A DNA stretch of 64,000 nt from a virus: IMG/VR virus record IMGVR_UViG_3300036985_004624; one strand, given 5' to 3'. This document shows positions 1 to 10,514 of this stretch, in pieces (position 1 is the first letter of the stretch; the number at the start of each line of letters is the position of its first letter). The notes beneath the pieces are model-generated. The model did not search any database and was not told where the DNA came from. It saw only the letters and a list, made by a program, of their open reading frames with translations. The position numbers and the translations under genes are program-made.

Positions 1-157
1 AAAATTCGTCATAAGATAATGTTATCTTAGGTACAGAACCATAACTAAACTGGTTTGTTTTTATAGTGCCTATCTCTATATCTAATTCGTTTGCTTCGCA
101 AAACGTCTTAATTAATGGTATGTATCCTTCAGATATACAGGTTACTATTGTTTTCAT
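1..157 (-). CDS. hypothetical protein, partial (runs off window start)
   Basis: ATG at 155-157 just after the uvsW stop; open frame MKTIVTCISEGYIPLIK... to the window edge. Confidence 0.5.
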   Translation of the reverse strand, partial: MKTIVTCISEGYIPLIKTFCEANELDIEIGTIKTNQFSYGSVPKITLSYDEF

Positions 158-163
158 TGCTAT

Positions 164-1624
164 TCAATATGTTATCTTTAATACAGAGTACGGATACTCC
201 TGCTCTGTGTAAAACTTCTTTCTTTTTGTCAAATGTCTCTTAGAAAACTTACAATTAGAACATATATCATACACATTAACAAAATCTTTGTCGGGTGCTA
301 CACGGATGCCGCGTCCAATACTCTGAATAACACGAACAAAACTCTTTCCTGCTTCAAATAGTATTAAATTATATATTCTAACAATATTAATACCGGTCGA
401 TGCTACACCATATGTTGCTATAATAACTTTCCCGTCAACTTCTTGAACTTCTTTATACTCTGCTTTTCGATCTTTCGACTTCATTCTGCCAGAAACAAAT
501 ATTGAATCCGGTATAAGTGATTGTAACATCTCTCCCGTCTCTATGCGATCAACCAATATAAGAGTATTGCCGGTTTCTGATATCTCTTGTACTTTACCAG
601 CCACAAATTTTAATCTTGGCTCATTTGTTGTCAGCCATTTAAGTTCTGTTTGGTAGTTACCTGATGCAGCGGCTCCGACATCTTGCATTTGTAACACATT
701 TACGTGTAACTGAGCCAGTATTCCTTTATCCTGCAGATCTTTGGTGTTGATCTTGCCTAGTAGTGGCCCAATACATGCAACCACACCAACTTTATCGCCC
801 TCTTCTTCGGGCATTGTGCCAGTTAATCCCCACCTAATAGGTGCATTATTTAAATAGGTCGATAATAAACGTCTCAATACATCGGCTTTTGCTTTGTGTA
901 CTTCGTCTACGATAACGCAGACTACTCCTTTGAAGAAAGCGTTTATATCTATCTCTAAATTGTGTTCTTTTGATTTCTTTGCCAGGCTTTCTAAGCTTTG
1001 CCATGTGCATATTGTGTGGGTCTTTAAATACTCTTTCCTATCACCGAAGAATACACCCACATCTAATCCCATATTAATATAATCTTCTTCAGTTTGTGTC
1101 ACTAAATCCTTAGTTGGCACAATTACTATGCTGCGACCATATGGCTGCACTTTGTGGCTAAGAATCGCCGTTATTAGGGTTTTTCCCGAGCCTGTTGGGG
1201 CGATATTGATCCCGGTTATGTTAGTTAGATAGGAATTGATTACTTCTAACTGATGTTCCTTAATTAAGATAGGATTGCCTTCATATGTATGTCCTGCCGG
1301 CCAGCATAAATGACTATAACTATCTTCTTTGACTAACTCAAATTCAAAATTCTCATTTACTTGACGTTGGTCGTCTATTTCTACATCATATCCGAAGTGC
1401 TGAACGATAGGTAGCAGTTTATCTAATAAATTTAGATATGATCGTGCGCCTATATCACAGTAACTCATCTTACCATTCCATCTGCCCAATCTGACTGCGG
1501 GAGTATATTGGGCGCCCGGTACATAAAATTCGAGAGACGATGTCATCTTACGACGACATTCGGGAGATAAGTCTGTAAACTTTATGTTTACTTCATCTAA
1601 TATTTGTAAGGTTGTTGTTGCCAT
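164..1624 (-). CDS. uvsW: UvsW-like SF2 DNA helicase
   Basis: Walker A APTGSGKT, DEVH, GLTGT and QSIGRGIR motifs; adjacent to uvsY/uvsX. Confidence 0.9.
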   Translation of the reverse strand: MATTTLQILDEVNIKFTDLSPECRRKMTSSLEFYVPGAQYTPAVRLGRWNGKMSYCDIGARSYLNLLDKLLPIVQHFGYDVEIDDQRQVNENFEFELVKEDSYSHLCWPAGHTYEGNPILIKEHQLEVINSYLTNITGINIAPTGSGKTLITAILSHKVQPYGRSIVIVPTKDLVTQTEEDYINMGLDVGVFFGDRKEYLKTHTICTWQSLESLAKKSKEHNLEIDINAFFKGVVCVIVDEVHKAKADVLRRLLSTYLNNAPIRWGLTGTMPEEEGDKVGVVACIGPLLGKINTKDLQDKGILAQLHVNVLQMQDVGAAASGNYQTELKWLTTNEPRLKFVAGKVQEISETGNTLILVDRIETGEMLQSLIPDSIFVSGRMKSKDRKAEYKEVQEVDGKVIIATYGVASTGINIVRIYNLILFEAGKSFVRVIQSIGRGIRVAPDKDFVNVYDICSNCKFSKRHLTKRKKFYTEQEYPYSVLKITY

Positions 1625-2085
1625 TAAATACTCGCATCGTCGAGTCCTGCAACCCGTAATTTAATAATATGCCCTGTCATGAAGTTTTTAGCTTCAAAAC
1701 CTTTACTAATAGACAAATACTTGTTTCTTAATAAAGCTACTTCATTTATTAGTAATGTTGTATCCACTATACTTGCCACACCATCTACATATTTTTCTGC
1801 GTCTCGAGAACTAAGACTTTTCTGATATGCTTCTAAAAACTTCTTAAATTCTGCCGACCTATCTTTACGCAATTGAATGTTGAGATACTCCAGTACTGCT
1901 TCTATCTCTTGTAATTGGGTAAACCGTTGTTCAACGAGCCCAGGTAACTCGGCTGCATGTTTTTCCAACGATTTACCCTTTAAAGATAATTCTGTTCGTG
2001 CATCTTCTAATTCTTTTTCGAAGTGATCTATAAAATCGGGGATTAATCCCAGATCATTAGTTACTTTGTAAAACCAACTGCTCAC
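1624..2085 (-). CDS. uvsY: UvsY-like recombination mediator
   Basis: 153-aa helical protein (SSRDAEKYVDG) directly upstream of uvsW, as in T4-like phages. Confidence 0.7.
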   Translation of the reverse strand: MSSWFYKVTNDLGLIPDFIDHFEKELEDARTELSLKGKSLEKHAAELPGLVEQRFTQLQEIEAVLEYLNIQLRKDRSAEFKKFLEAYQKSLSSRDAEKYVDGVASIVDTTLLINEVALLRNKYLSISKGFEAKNFMTGHIIKLRVAGLDDASI

Positions 2086-2408
2086 AATCCATGCACTCTT
2101 TTAATTGCTATTTCCATTGCTTGCACTAATAACACAGCCTTTTGCGTTCTTGACATCAATACTCTTTTTATCATCATAGCTCTGGGAGGGACATTCAAGT
2201 CTTCCGCTAGAGCCTTATGTACTCTAGTCAAATTCACTGGTTCTGAAATCCACACAACGTAATCCGCACCTACAGCAGGATCTTTCATACTTTCTCTAAA
2301 CTGTTGGATCTGCGTTACGGATTTCAGAACATCCTTACTATTAATGGTCGAGAGCATGGCCTCGCCGAATTCAATCGCTGGAGTAGTCATCTTCGTCATC
2401 TTCGTCAT
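2082..2408 (-). CDS. hypothetical protein (real start probably the third Met, MTTPAIEF)
   Basis: ORF; the MTKMTK N-terminus derives from the acidic repeat of the overlapping upstream gene. Confidence 0.55.
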   Translation of the reverse strand: MTKMTKMTTPAIEFGEAMLSTINSKDVLKSVTQIQQFRESMKDPAVGADYVVWISEPVNLTRVHKALAEDLNVPPRAMMIKRVLMSRTQKAVLLVQAMEIAIKRVHGL

Positions 2409-2619
2409 CTTCGTCTTCTGTATATTCCGATAAGTGACTTCTTGCAGCGGCCCTAAGTTCTTTATCGAGGTCTTCGTCTAATAGTTCTTCATCAACTAAA
2501 CTGAATTCGTCAAATACTACCATCAGAATGTCTGCTACTTCCAATCTTTCTTTAGGCTGAATATGGGATTTGATACGGGCCCATAATTCCATAATCAATT
2601 CATGATTTTCATTAACCAT
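2371..2619 (-). CDS. acidic hypothetical protein
   Basis: ORF tightly packed behind uvsX, with an RBS. Confidence 0.6.
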   Translation of the reverse strand: MVNENHELIMELWARIKSHIQPKERLEVADILMVVFDEFSLVDEELLDEDLDKELRAAARSHLSEYTEDEDDEDDEDDYSSD

Positions 2620-2621
2620 AA

Positions 2622-3716
2622 TTATTCTCCTGTTTGTACAACAATTGCAATTTTCTCTTCTTCGCTATCAGGAATAACAACACGCAGATCATCCTGTGTG
2701 AATTCATCCATGATTACTTTCATTTTATTAATATCATTCCAGTCTTTTCTGAAGTATTTCATCTCTTCTTTAGTTTTCTTGGAAACATATTTATATCTAT
2801 TACCCTCTTTTATTAACACACCAGACTTTTCAAATAAGTCAAACAATCCGGAGATTGGATTCATACCCGATTCCCATGGAATATCTAGCTTGATAGATTC
2901 GAACGGCTTAGAGTATCGAGTTTTAACAACTTTACAAGTTGCACGAATACCTTTTACATCTGTGACCTTGTTACCGTCTTCGTCTTCCTTTAACTTATAT
3001 TTCTTCATAGCAACAATAATGCTCGAAGCAAACATAAATCCAGATCCTCCAGAAATTTTATCATCTGGATCAAACATATCCTGACTTGCATATGTGTGAT
3101 TAGTTACGACCATACCTATATTCAGATCGCCAAACATATTAACGCAGTTTGATACGAACGCCTTAAGCTGTTTAGCTTTACGACCCATATCGCCCTTCAT
3201 ATCTCCTGCTTGGAATTGATTTACTTCGGTAGGTGTTAATAACATACCTAAAGAGTCTACAATGAATAGAATTTTAGGACGTTGGTCTTTTGGAATATCT
3301 AGATAGTTTGTCTTATACTCTGTAACAAAGTCATGCACAATCTTTGCTACTTCATCTATCATAGATGCGCTAATGCGAAGCATCTTATCTTCAGATGTTT
3401 CTACACTTAAATTCTTTAGCCATTTTTCATCTAAAGCATTTTCCGTGTCAATCATAACCACAAAAATGTTTTGTTCTTGTGCTGCTTTCGCAATATTCCC
3501 GGAAACAATATAAGATTTACCGGCGCCGGATTCGCCTGCAAATACTGTTACCTTACCCATAGGAACCCCTTTATAGAAGTCTCCGCTGATAAGATAGTTT
3601 AACCCATAAGATCCTGTGCTGATCCATGTGTCTGGATCATTGAATCCTGTTGAAATACCTGTAATGTTTTTTGTTAAGTTTTTACGAAACTTTGATATGT
3701 CGAATGGCCGAGTCAT
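2622..3716 (-). CDS. uvsX: UvsX/RecA-like recombinase
   Basis: Walker A GESGAGKS, Walker B ILFIVDSLG, GDMGRKAKQ motif; AAGGAG RBS. Confidence 0.93.
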   Translation of the reverse strand: MTRPFDISKFRKNLTKNITGISTGFNDPDTWISTGSYGLNYLISGDFYKGVPMGKVTVFAGESGAGKSYIVSGNIAKAAQEQNIFVVMIDTENALDEKWLKNLSVETSEDKMLRISASMIDEVAKIVHDFVTEYKTNYLDIPKDQRPKILFIVDSLGMLLTPTEVNQFQAGDMKGDMGRKAKQLKAFVSNCVNMFGDLNIGMVVTNHTYASQDMFDPDDKISGGSGFMFASSIIVAMKKYKLKEDEDGNKVTDVKGIRATCKVVKTRYSKPFESIKLDIPWESGMNPISGLFDLFEKSGVLIKEGNRYKYVSKKTKEEMKYFRKDWNDINKMKVIMDEFTQDDLRVVIPDSEEEKIAIVVQTGE

Positions 3717-3735
3717 GGCTTCTCCTTAAAGATGT

Positions 3736-3760
3736 ACGGGACGGTATTTAGCCGTCCCGT
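3736..3760 (-). terminator. GC-rich hairpin between gp32 and uvsX (terminator or processing stem)
   Basis: ACGGGACGG / CCGTCCCGT inverted repeat; weak U-tract. Confidence 0.5.
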
Positions 3761-3769
3761 TGTTAAGAC

Positions 3770-4819
3770 TTACTTATTGCGATTTCTCAACATTGCAAGA
3801 ATTTCTTGCGGAGATTTACCTGCTGTAGGTGCAGCAGGTGCTGCAACTGTTTCCTTTACTGCCTCTGCCGGAGCATCTGGTGTAAAGTCTTCATCCGAAT
3901 CGTCATGAACGATAAGAGGTGCTGCTTTTGTTGACTCTGCAACTGGTGCAGGCTTTGTTGCCGCTGGGCGCTGAACGTAAGCAGTACGTGTTACTGTTTT
4001 ACCTTCTCCGCCATCTGCATCATCTGTACCTGCATCAAAGCCAAACGGCTTGTAATGCTGACCCCAGCGAGCTGGATCATACAGTTCGCCGTCTAACGAT
4101 TCCTGGAACATTTCAAAGATGATTGACAATTGTTCAGGTGTTGGACGCTTAGGCAAATATGTTGCCAAATCTACCGGACTGAATTGTGCAATTGCATCTT
4201 GCATATCTTCTGTTAAGCTGGATTCTTTTCTGGCCCACTTAGATGTGCCATAATCTGCATATCCGCCCTTGCTTGTCTTAGATACAATAAAGTCTGTACC
4301 GTTGACAAAGTCAACTGGACTATATGCCATATCAGGATCCATTAATGCAGCCTTAATGATTGCAAAAAGTTGCGGACCGATAATAAACTTACGAATCGGA
4401 TTTTCAGGTGGTTCGCTTTCATTCATCGGATCTTGTTTAACAAAACCCTGCATGTAATATGTGCGCTTTGCCCAATACTTACGTGCTCTATCTTCCAACG
4501 ACTTATCCTTCCACCATGGGCGAACTTCATTCAAGATAGGGCAAGTCATCTTACCATCCCACATTTCGATACAAGGTACTTGAACAACAACTGGCTTACG
4601 CTCGTCTTGTCCTTTGATACCTGCGAATGGGAGTTTAATAAGTTGACGTTCTACCCAAAAGAAAGTGTTATCTTCGTTTGCGTCTGGTAAAAAGCGGAGT
4701 GTTGTTGAAGTGCCTTCTGGAATATTCCAGTGTGGATAAGTTGCCTTATCTCCTGTACCGCCCTTGCGGTTATCTAATGCTTGTAATTTCTTACGGATTT
4801 CTTCGAGTGTCTTTGACAT
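3770..4819 (-). CDS. 32: gp32-like single-stranded DNA-binding protein
   Basis: LRFLPD, Cys ligands (VPC...TCPI), KGGYADY and SKW motifs, low-complexity acidic tail. Confidence 0.88.
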   Translation of the reverse strand: MSKTLEEIRKKLQALDNRKGGTGDKATYPHWNIPEGTSTTLRFLPDANEDNTFFWVERQLIKLPFAGIKGQDERKPVVVQVPCIEMWDGKMTCPILNEVRPWWKDKSLEDRARKYWAKRTYYMQGFVKQDPMNESEPPENPIRKFIIGPQLFAIIKAALMDPDMAYSPVDFVNGTDFIVSKTSKGGYADYGTSKWARKESSLTEDMQDAIAQFSPVDLATYLPKRPTPEQLSIIFEMFQESLDGELYDPARWGQHYKPFGFDAGTDDADGGEGKTVTRTAYVQRPAATKPAPVAESTKAAPLIVHDDSDEDFTPDAPAEAVKETVAAPAAPTAGKSPQEILAMLRNRNK

Positions 4820-4933
4820 GATTTTTATTTCCTATGCTTTAAAGTTAAATTGAACGCTTATTAATTGAACTGCAACCTACTAAGGCAGCGTTATGCCTTT
4901 TCGCGTCTTCTGTGAATGTCTTCGTATGCAGTT

Positions 4934-4962
4934 AGTATACGAAATTCTTGTGTGTTTGTCAA
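4934..4962 (-). promoter_or_regulatory. sigma70-type promoter upstream of gp32
   Basis: TTGACA-17 nt-TATACT. Confidence 0.7.
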
Positions 4963-5005
4963 GAACTCCTATAAAGTTCTTGTATGTTATTTATCTGTTT
5001 CTAAA

Positions 5006-6520
5006 TCAAAAGAATATATTGTTGAATCTTTCATAATACAGTTCGAAATCGGAAGATTCTTTAATTTCTTGCTTATCTTTAGCAACTTTTTCTTCTACCT
5101 TGGCATTTTCTAAAACTTGTTTGAGTACAGCACGCTCGAAATCGTTTACTGTACCTTCTTTACATAATTTTGTACCAATTTTGTTCACAAAGGAAGATAG
5201 TTCGTCGTTCTCCATAATACGCAATGCGAATTCATTTAATTTAAATCCTAAACGAGCATTTTCGCTTGCAAATTCAAATATGGGAGTAGTACTCAGCGAT
5301 TCTCTGCGTAGAATAATTGGTGCGGCGGCTGCTTCTTCGATTCTTTTATGGAAAGTATCTTTCTCTTGCACCAACTGTTTAACAATAGGCAAAACTTCTT
5401 CGAACTTCTCGTCGAATCTTCGAATGGTGAACAAATCCTTTAGTTGAGTTGTGTCATCCTCAGCTAATGCTTCACGTTCGAATGTTTCTAAACGAGCCTT
5501 TACTGTTTCATAAGTCTTAACGCCTGTCAATTTCTTCAATTCCGTACGAATAGTCTCGATATTTTCCTTAACTGTTTCGATAATACCGGAACTATCTTCA
5601 TTTATTAACTTATTTGTTGTTACATATCTGTTAAAAGACTGTAATTTTAATAAATTACTGGTACTTTCACTAATATATTGCCCGACTTTATCGTGCATTG
5701 TTCCACCGTGTGACATATGTTGGGCCATAGCACGGGCACCGGGGAGGTAATTAGATTGGAAACGAACTCTTTCACCATTACATTCTAAGAAAATTGCACT
5801 AATGTGGCGTGAACGAGATCCACGAACATTTTCGTCGACAGGTGTCTTATGCTTTACTAAAATTCTAACATTTTCTAGAGTCTGTTGTGATGTTTTCATC
5901 GAACCGAACATCTTACTGAAACTTTCTACTATTGCTTCATCAACTGTCAATGAATACATAATATCTCCATGTGCATCTGGCTGTGCTGTTATCTTACCAT
6001 TCTGAACTAATCTATTCAATATGGGTTGAATTTCGCTAAGGTCTATTCCTAGATCGTCGGCTAATGTATGGGCAGCGGCCGTGCCAAAATATTTAACTCT
6101 ATGCGATACCTTACCCATTAATTGATGATTGTACGGTTGAACTAAATTATTTTCCATCATTGCCTCGCCTTTTTTTATTTTTGCTTGATATGCATAGTCC
6201 CTTGGCTGAATCGTCTTACCAAAAACTGTTAATTTAAAGTTTAAAGGTGGTACGTTAGTATCTGCCAGATCTCTTACTAAGTTTTCTATAGACTTTGTAG
6301 AATCACCCACATTAGCACCTTTGCTAAATTCTACGTTACCATTATTTTTATCAGAAGGCTCGTTGATTGTAATCATTACATTAGGGTTGAGCACAAAAAA
6401 TCGTCGACCTGTTCCGGGATCGGTTGTATCCGAACCTTCAACATCGAAAATTTTTATCTTTAAACCGTTCCCTTTTAGCAGAGAAAATATTTTGCCCGCT
6501 AAATCATTCATTTCTTCCAT
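5006..6520 (-). CDS. hypothetical protein (late gene), possible central winged-helix segment
   Basis: 504-aa ORF preceded by the GATAAATA motif (6540-6547). Confidence 0.7.
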   Translation of the reverse strand: MEEMNDLAGKIFSLLKGNGLKIKIFDVEGSDTTDPGTGRRFFVLNPNVMITINEPSDKNNGNVEFSKGANVGDSTKSIENLVRDLADTNVPPLNFKLTVFGKTIQPRDYAYQAKIKKGEAMMENNLVQPYNHQLMGKVSHRVKYFGTAAAHTLADDLGIDLSEIQPILNRLVQNGKITAQPDAHGDIMYSLTVDEAIVESFSKMFGSMKTSQQTLENVRILVKHKTPVDENVRGSRSRHISAIFLECNGERVRFQSNYLPGARAMAQHMSHGGTMHDKVGQYISESTSNLLKLQSFNRYVTTNKLINEDSSGIIETVKENIETIRTELKKLTGVKTYETVKARLETFEREALAEDDTTQLKDLFTIRRFDEKFEEVLPIVKQLVQEKDTFHKRIEEAAAAPIILRRESLSTTPIFEFASENARLGFKLNEFALRIMENDELSSFVNKIGTKLCKEGTVNDFERAVLKQVLENAKVEEKVAKDKQEIKESSDFELYYERFNNIFF

Positions 6521-6557
6521 GGTAACTTCCTTGTTCTCTTATTTATCTATGTAAGGG

Positions 6558-8132
6558 TCAAATACACATTGGCATCGGAGCCGAAGAATCGGATTCTTCG
6601 CCGGAGCCTACGTTACTATTGATTGCCGCCTGAGACTTATCATCCCAGGTAGAAATATAATCTGTCATTCTTATTGCAAGAATCATAGCCATAATTAAGT
6701 CGTCCGTCTGGCCTATTCTGGCCTCGTATGTATTACCTCTAGAAACAAATACTTTAAGTTCAGATAGTAGTCCACGCGAATTTATAGTTAACTTACCGGA
6801 CTCAATTAAGAATTTCAATTTAGCACAAGCTTCTAATTTTGATTTATTCGTAGTTACAAATCCTGCTCTGCGGCCAGATCTACCTTGTAATCTATTTTTA
6901 GGATCGTGCAGCATAGTACCGCGGAAGTTTTCTTCGCCTGTATCCCTGATAACAACTAATGCAGCTTCACCTAAAGAATTGCTTTCTACAGACCAATACA
7001 TTTCAGGCTTGGCTAAATCATATAGTTCTTGTAAGATTTTCTTCATTGTTCTTACTTGTTCTTCAATAGGTGTTTTATTGCTACTCCACTCTGCTACTTG
7101 TACTAGGGTAGGTAATTCTAACACCTGAATTGCTGCATTGTCGCCACCTGTCCCCATAGACGGGTCTAAGGAAACAACATATGTCATATGTGGCTTAATA
7201 TCGGCATACCATCTAACTTGTCCCGATTTACGTATAGGTTGTGTAGGTTCCAACTGAGCAAGCTTAACGGGATTAATAAGAGTTTCTTCAAAGGTAATGA
7301 ACTGACACTTATGTTCACGCAAGAATCTATCTTCACCCAATGCTGCTAATTCTGCATCTGCCCACGTCTGGTCTCTGTCTGGATGAACTTCCCAGGTGGA
7401 CATATAAGGTCTGAACCCGTTAACGCCAATGTTTGTTTCATTTCCGTTTGCATCAACTAATTTATTTGCTCCGAACCATATATCTGCAAACTGATCTTCG
7501 TCAGTATTAGGCGTCGATGTAATAATACACTTACCACCTGTAGACAAGGTAGGAGATAATGATGTCCAAAATTCTTTAGCTATGTTTGGTTCTACGAATG
7601 CAAATTCGTCTAAATAAACTAATGATAATGACATACCACGACCTGTATTTTCCGTGGTGGTAGTTGCCACAATACGTGAATTATTATCAAAATCGATGGA
7701 ACGTTTATTATAAGTCTTTACACCTGCCCGAATATGATCCGGTATGGATTCATATGCATACCGTACTCTATGCATAATTTCCTGTGCGCCGTCATATTTG
7801 TTTGATGCAATCAGTATTGTAGAATCTTCGTTAAACATCGCATACCATAACAGATAACCTGCTGCAACAGTGGTTTTACCCATCTGTCTGGATACCATAT
7901 TAACAGACTTTCTATACTTATGATATGTGTTTATTAGATCTACTTGAAAAGAGTACAGCGATAACTTCTGGCGTCCTTGTGTAGGATGCTGTATATACAT
8001 GAAGTTGCTCATGAAATAGATGGGGCCTGTTTCGGGGTGCAAACATGCCGCTAACTCATCTAATTGTTGCTGTGTGTAATCTGTCTTTTTATTTGCTCGT
8101 TTTACAAGTGAGTCGTCTTGATAAATTGCCAT
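6558..8132 (-). CDS. 17: terminase large subunit
   Basis: SRQMGKTT Walker A, LVYLDEFAF Walker B, ITSTPN, nuclease residues SLDPS...DD. Confidence 0.95.
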   Translation of the reverse strand: MAIYQDDSLVKRANKKTDYTQQQLDELAACLHPETGPIYFMSNFMYIQHPTQGRQKLSLYSFQVDLINTYHKYRKSVNMVSRQMGKTTVAAGYLLWYAMFNEDSTILIASNKYDGAQEIMHRVRYAYESIPDHIRAGVKTYNKRSIDFDNNSRIVATTTTENTGRGMSLSLVYLDEFAFVEPNIAKEFWTSLSPTLSTGGKCIITSTPNTDEDQFADIWFGANKLVDANGNETNIGVNGFRPYMSTWEVHPDRDQTWADAELAALGEDRFLREHKCQFITFEETLINPVKLAQLEPTQPIRKSGQVRWYADIKPHMTYVVSLDPSMGTGGDNAAIQVLELPTLVQVAEWSSNKTPIEEQVRTMKKILQELYDLAKPEMYWSVESNSLGEAALVVIRDTGEENFRGTMLHDPKNRLQGRSGRRAGFVTTNKSKLEACAKLKFLIESGKLTINSRGLLSELKVFVSRGNTYEARIGQTDDLIMAMILAIRMTDYISTWDDKSQAAINSNVGSGEESDSSAPMPMCI

Positions 8133-8133
8133 A

Positions 8134-9321
8134 TTATTTCTTAGACGACTCTTTTAAATAATCTCTGTAGCCATATACCAGTTCTTTGTGAACTTCTGCT
8201 ACCTGCATTTTTTTCTGTTCCGGATTATCGCCATAACGGGCACCCGACGGACCGGCATTTTTCACAACAGGGCCATCTGCACCGTCAGGGAAATAATCCT
8301 GCCCATCGCCTTTAGTTCCGCCATATCCATTATTTAAGTCTATTGCCTCTTCAAATGGGCCATCATATGGCTCAAAATAGTCATCCGGTTCATCAAAATC
8401 GTCTGGGTCTCTTTCTCTTTTTTCCACACCCGAACCGCCACAAGATCTACAACTCGCCCCATCATACATACCTTCTCCTGTACCATCGCAGGTTCTGCAC
8501 GTATCATCGTAGTCTTCGTCGTCAACAATCTCGTCTACTTCATCAAATAGATCATCTATACCTACATCATTCTTTGCTTTATCAATAATACCGTCTGTAT
8601 TTTCATCCATCGGATCATAATCACCATAGTCGCCATAATCTTCATCTGAGCCGTGACCTGCACTTGCTAAAGCATCTGCGTCATCAGACATATCATCCGA
8701 ACCGTGTGGTTCCCCATCATCCATATTATCACGCATATCTTCGTCGTGTAAATAATTTTCTATGCTATCCATTATACTAAGTACCTCGTCGTTATCGAGG
8801 CCTTGGTCCCTTAAATAACGAGATATTTCTACTAAAGTTTCTTCTTGATCGCCAAAGGCATCGCTAGAGCTTTGAAGCATATTCATAATTTCAGCATCTA
8901 CGTCGGAATAATTCGAGAAAGATCCTTCTGCAATACCAACTTCCTTTGCGCGATTTGCTAGCCACTCTTTATTTGTCGGGTTCTCTTTCTTTAAATCGCC
9001 TGTCGATACTTTCCAGTCACCTTGCGGTTGTGCAGCTTTACGCTGAACTGCCGGGATTTCGCTTTTCTTTACTTCTTCCTTCATAGCATTACTAAGAGCA
9101 TTGTCGGGGGCAACTCGACCGGACTTCGGATCTATATTTGAGCCTACTCGTACTAGCTCATCAAGTTGCTGTGATGCATCGTATGCTGCATAAGCTTGAT
9201 TGCGCCCCACTGTCCCAGCGGTTTGCATGTCAGACTCACTATTCGTTCCAATACCCGGAATCGCCATAACACCCTCTGTAAGCTTAATACCTGCTAATTG
9301 TTTCATTCTTTGTAAATTCAT
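8134..9321 (-). CDS. highly acidic protein with two CxxCxGxG (DnaJ-type zinc finger) repeats; probable head/scaffold-associated
   Basis: CRTCDGTGEG and CRSCGGSG; RMKQLAGI N-terminal motif; position in the packaging module. Confidence 0.6.
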   Translation of the reverse strand: MNLQRMKQLAGIKLTEGVMAIPGIGTNSESDMQTAGTVGRNQAYAAYDASQQLDELVRVGSNIDPKSGRVAPDNALSNAMKEEVKKSEIPAVQRKAAQPQGDWKVSTGDLKKENPTNKEWLANRAKEVGIAEGSFSNYSDVDAEIMNMLQSSSDAFGDQEETLVEISRYLRDQGLDNDEVLSIMDSIENYLHDEDMRDNMDDGEPHGSDDMSDDADALASAGHGSDEDYGDYGDYDPMDENTDGIIDKAKNDVGIDDLFDEVDEIVDDEDYDDTCRTCDGTGEGMYDGASCRSCGGSGVEKRERDPDDFDEPDDYFEPYDGPFEEAIDLNNGYGGTKGDGQDYFPDGADGPVVKNAGPSGARYGDNPEQKKMQVAEVHKELVYGYRDYLKESSKK

Positions 9322-9992
9322 TATACAACTCCTGCTCTAGATAAACTAGGCTTTTTGACGCGACCGAAAAGTCCTAGGTCGTCTTTCTTTAAATTCTTTG
9401 GATCGTTAAAACTATCATAATTCTTTGTTAAGGTAGAATGATCTGTTGATGCTGCTGGACTTAAAGCGTTAGTAACAATAGTGATATTCCTCTCTTTTGT
9501 CACTTTATCTAATGCCTTCAGAAATTCTGTATTGTATGCTGCGCCATAAGGCACATCTTCTGCATCGTCGGGTTCACTTCCCAAACGCGCCTTATACGAT
9601 TTTTTATACTCTGGAGAATTTCTATCTAAATATAAATCTGTTTCTATTTGGCGAGGATCATTTTCGGAATATACAGCAAGTTGGCTAGGCGAAATTCCTA
9701 AATTATTGCATACGTATGTTCTTAGAAAATCCAATGACCCTGGATAACCCAGCGTTAAATCGCAAATAAAAACTGCCGTATTCTTTATATTAGGAAAATC
9801 TAAAGGACTTTCTTGAATAGGTGTTTTTCTGAACGATGATGCTTTCTTTAGATCGTATTTTGTTAAACTGGTCTCCAGTTGATCAACCATATCATCAGTC
9901 ATTTCATTTACAGCGAACTTTAAAACATACTTGTATTCTGTCTTAACTTCAGCAACGTAAGTAGCGAATGATTTCTTTTTTTCTTCTGCCAT
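9321..9992 (-). CDS. hypothetical protein (late gene)
   Basis: ORF with GGAG RBS and the GATAAATA motif at 10015-10022. Confidence 0.65.
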   Translation of the reverse strand: MAEEKKKSFATYVAEVKTEYKYVLKFAVNEMTDDMVDQLETSLTKYDLKKASSFRKTPIQESPLDFPNIKNTAVFICDLTLGYPGSLDFLRTYVCNNLGISPSQLAVYSENDPRQIETDLYLDRNSPEYKKSYKARLGSEPDDAEDVPYGAAYNTEFLKALDKVTKERNITIVTNALSPAASTDHSTLTKNYDSFNDPKNLKKDDLGLFGRVKKPSLSRAGVV

Positions 9993-10013
9993 ATGATAAC
10001 TCCAATATTGCTA

Positions 10014-10511
10014 CTATTTATCGGTCTTCTGAGAATTAACTATATATCTAAGTAGCTCATTCCTGTCAAATTCTGCGCCGCCCGGTGCTCGCTTATCGCC
10101 GTTTCCCTGATCTAAGTCTATTTGTTCTGAACGAACCTTTTTAAGTTGCAGATCTATCATCTTTAATTTTCTCTCTGCCTTTGCATTTTTAGCTTCAAGG
10201 GCAATCTTAAGCATTTGGGCGCCAACTTCATAAATCTTACCGGCGTGCATATCGGGCACATTCCCGCCAAGTGCAATCAGATCCTCAAATGTCTTAATTG
10301 CCTTCTGTGAAATATCATCCATTTCATTATCGTGTGTGTCTAATCCGATAACCGTAGGTAATGCGTAATTCACCTTTTCTGCTGTCGTTAATGAAGAGTA
10401 AATTTCTCTTGCTTCTACCATAAGTTCTTCCCTAGATTTACCAGGTGGCGCTTCTTCTACCACCGATTCAACGGGTGGCAGATTGAAAAAATCTTCCATT
10501 TTGCGTGTCAA
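10014..10511 (-). CDS. putative terminase small subunit
   Basis: helical 165-aa protein with C-terminal DRNELL near the large terminase; inference from size, location and style. Confidence 0.45.
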   Translation of the reverse strand: MTRKMEDFFNLPPVESVVEEAPPGKSREELMVEAREIYSSLTTAEKVNYALPTVIGLDTHDNEMDDISQKAIKTFEDLIALGGNVPDMHAGKIYEVGAQMLKIALEAKNAKAERKLKMIDLQLKKVRSEQIDLDQGNGDKRAPGGAEFDRNELLRYIVNSQKTDK

Positions 10512-10514
10512 AAC

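Noticed and set aside
2385-2420. Short tandem repeat (CTTCGTCAT)n as a contingency locus
   Set aside because: It is explained by the acidic Asp/Glu tail of ORF 2371-2619.
164-8132. Inteins or introns in uvsW, uvsX or terminase
   Set aside because: Protein lengths and motif spacing are normal, and no intein splice motifs are evident.
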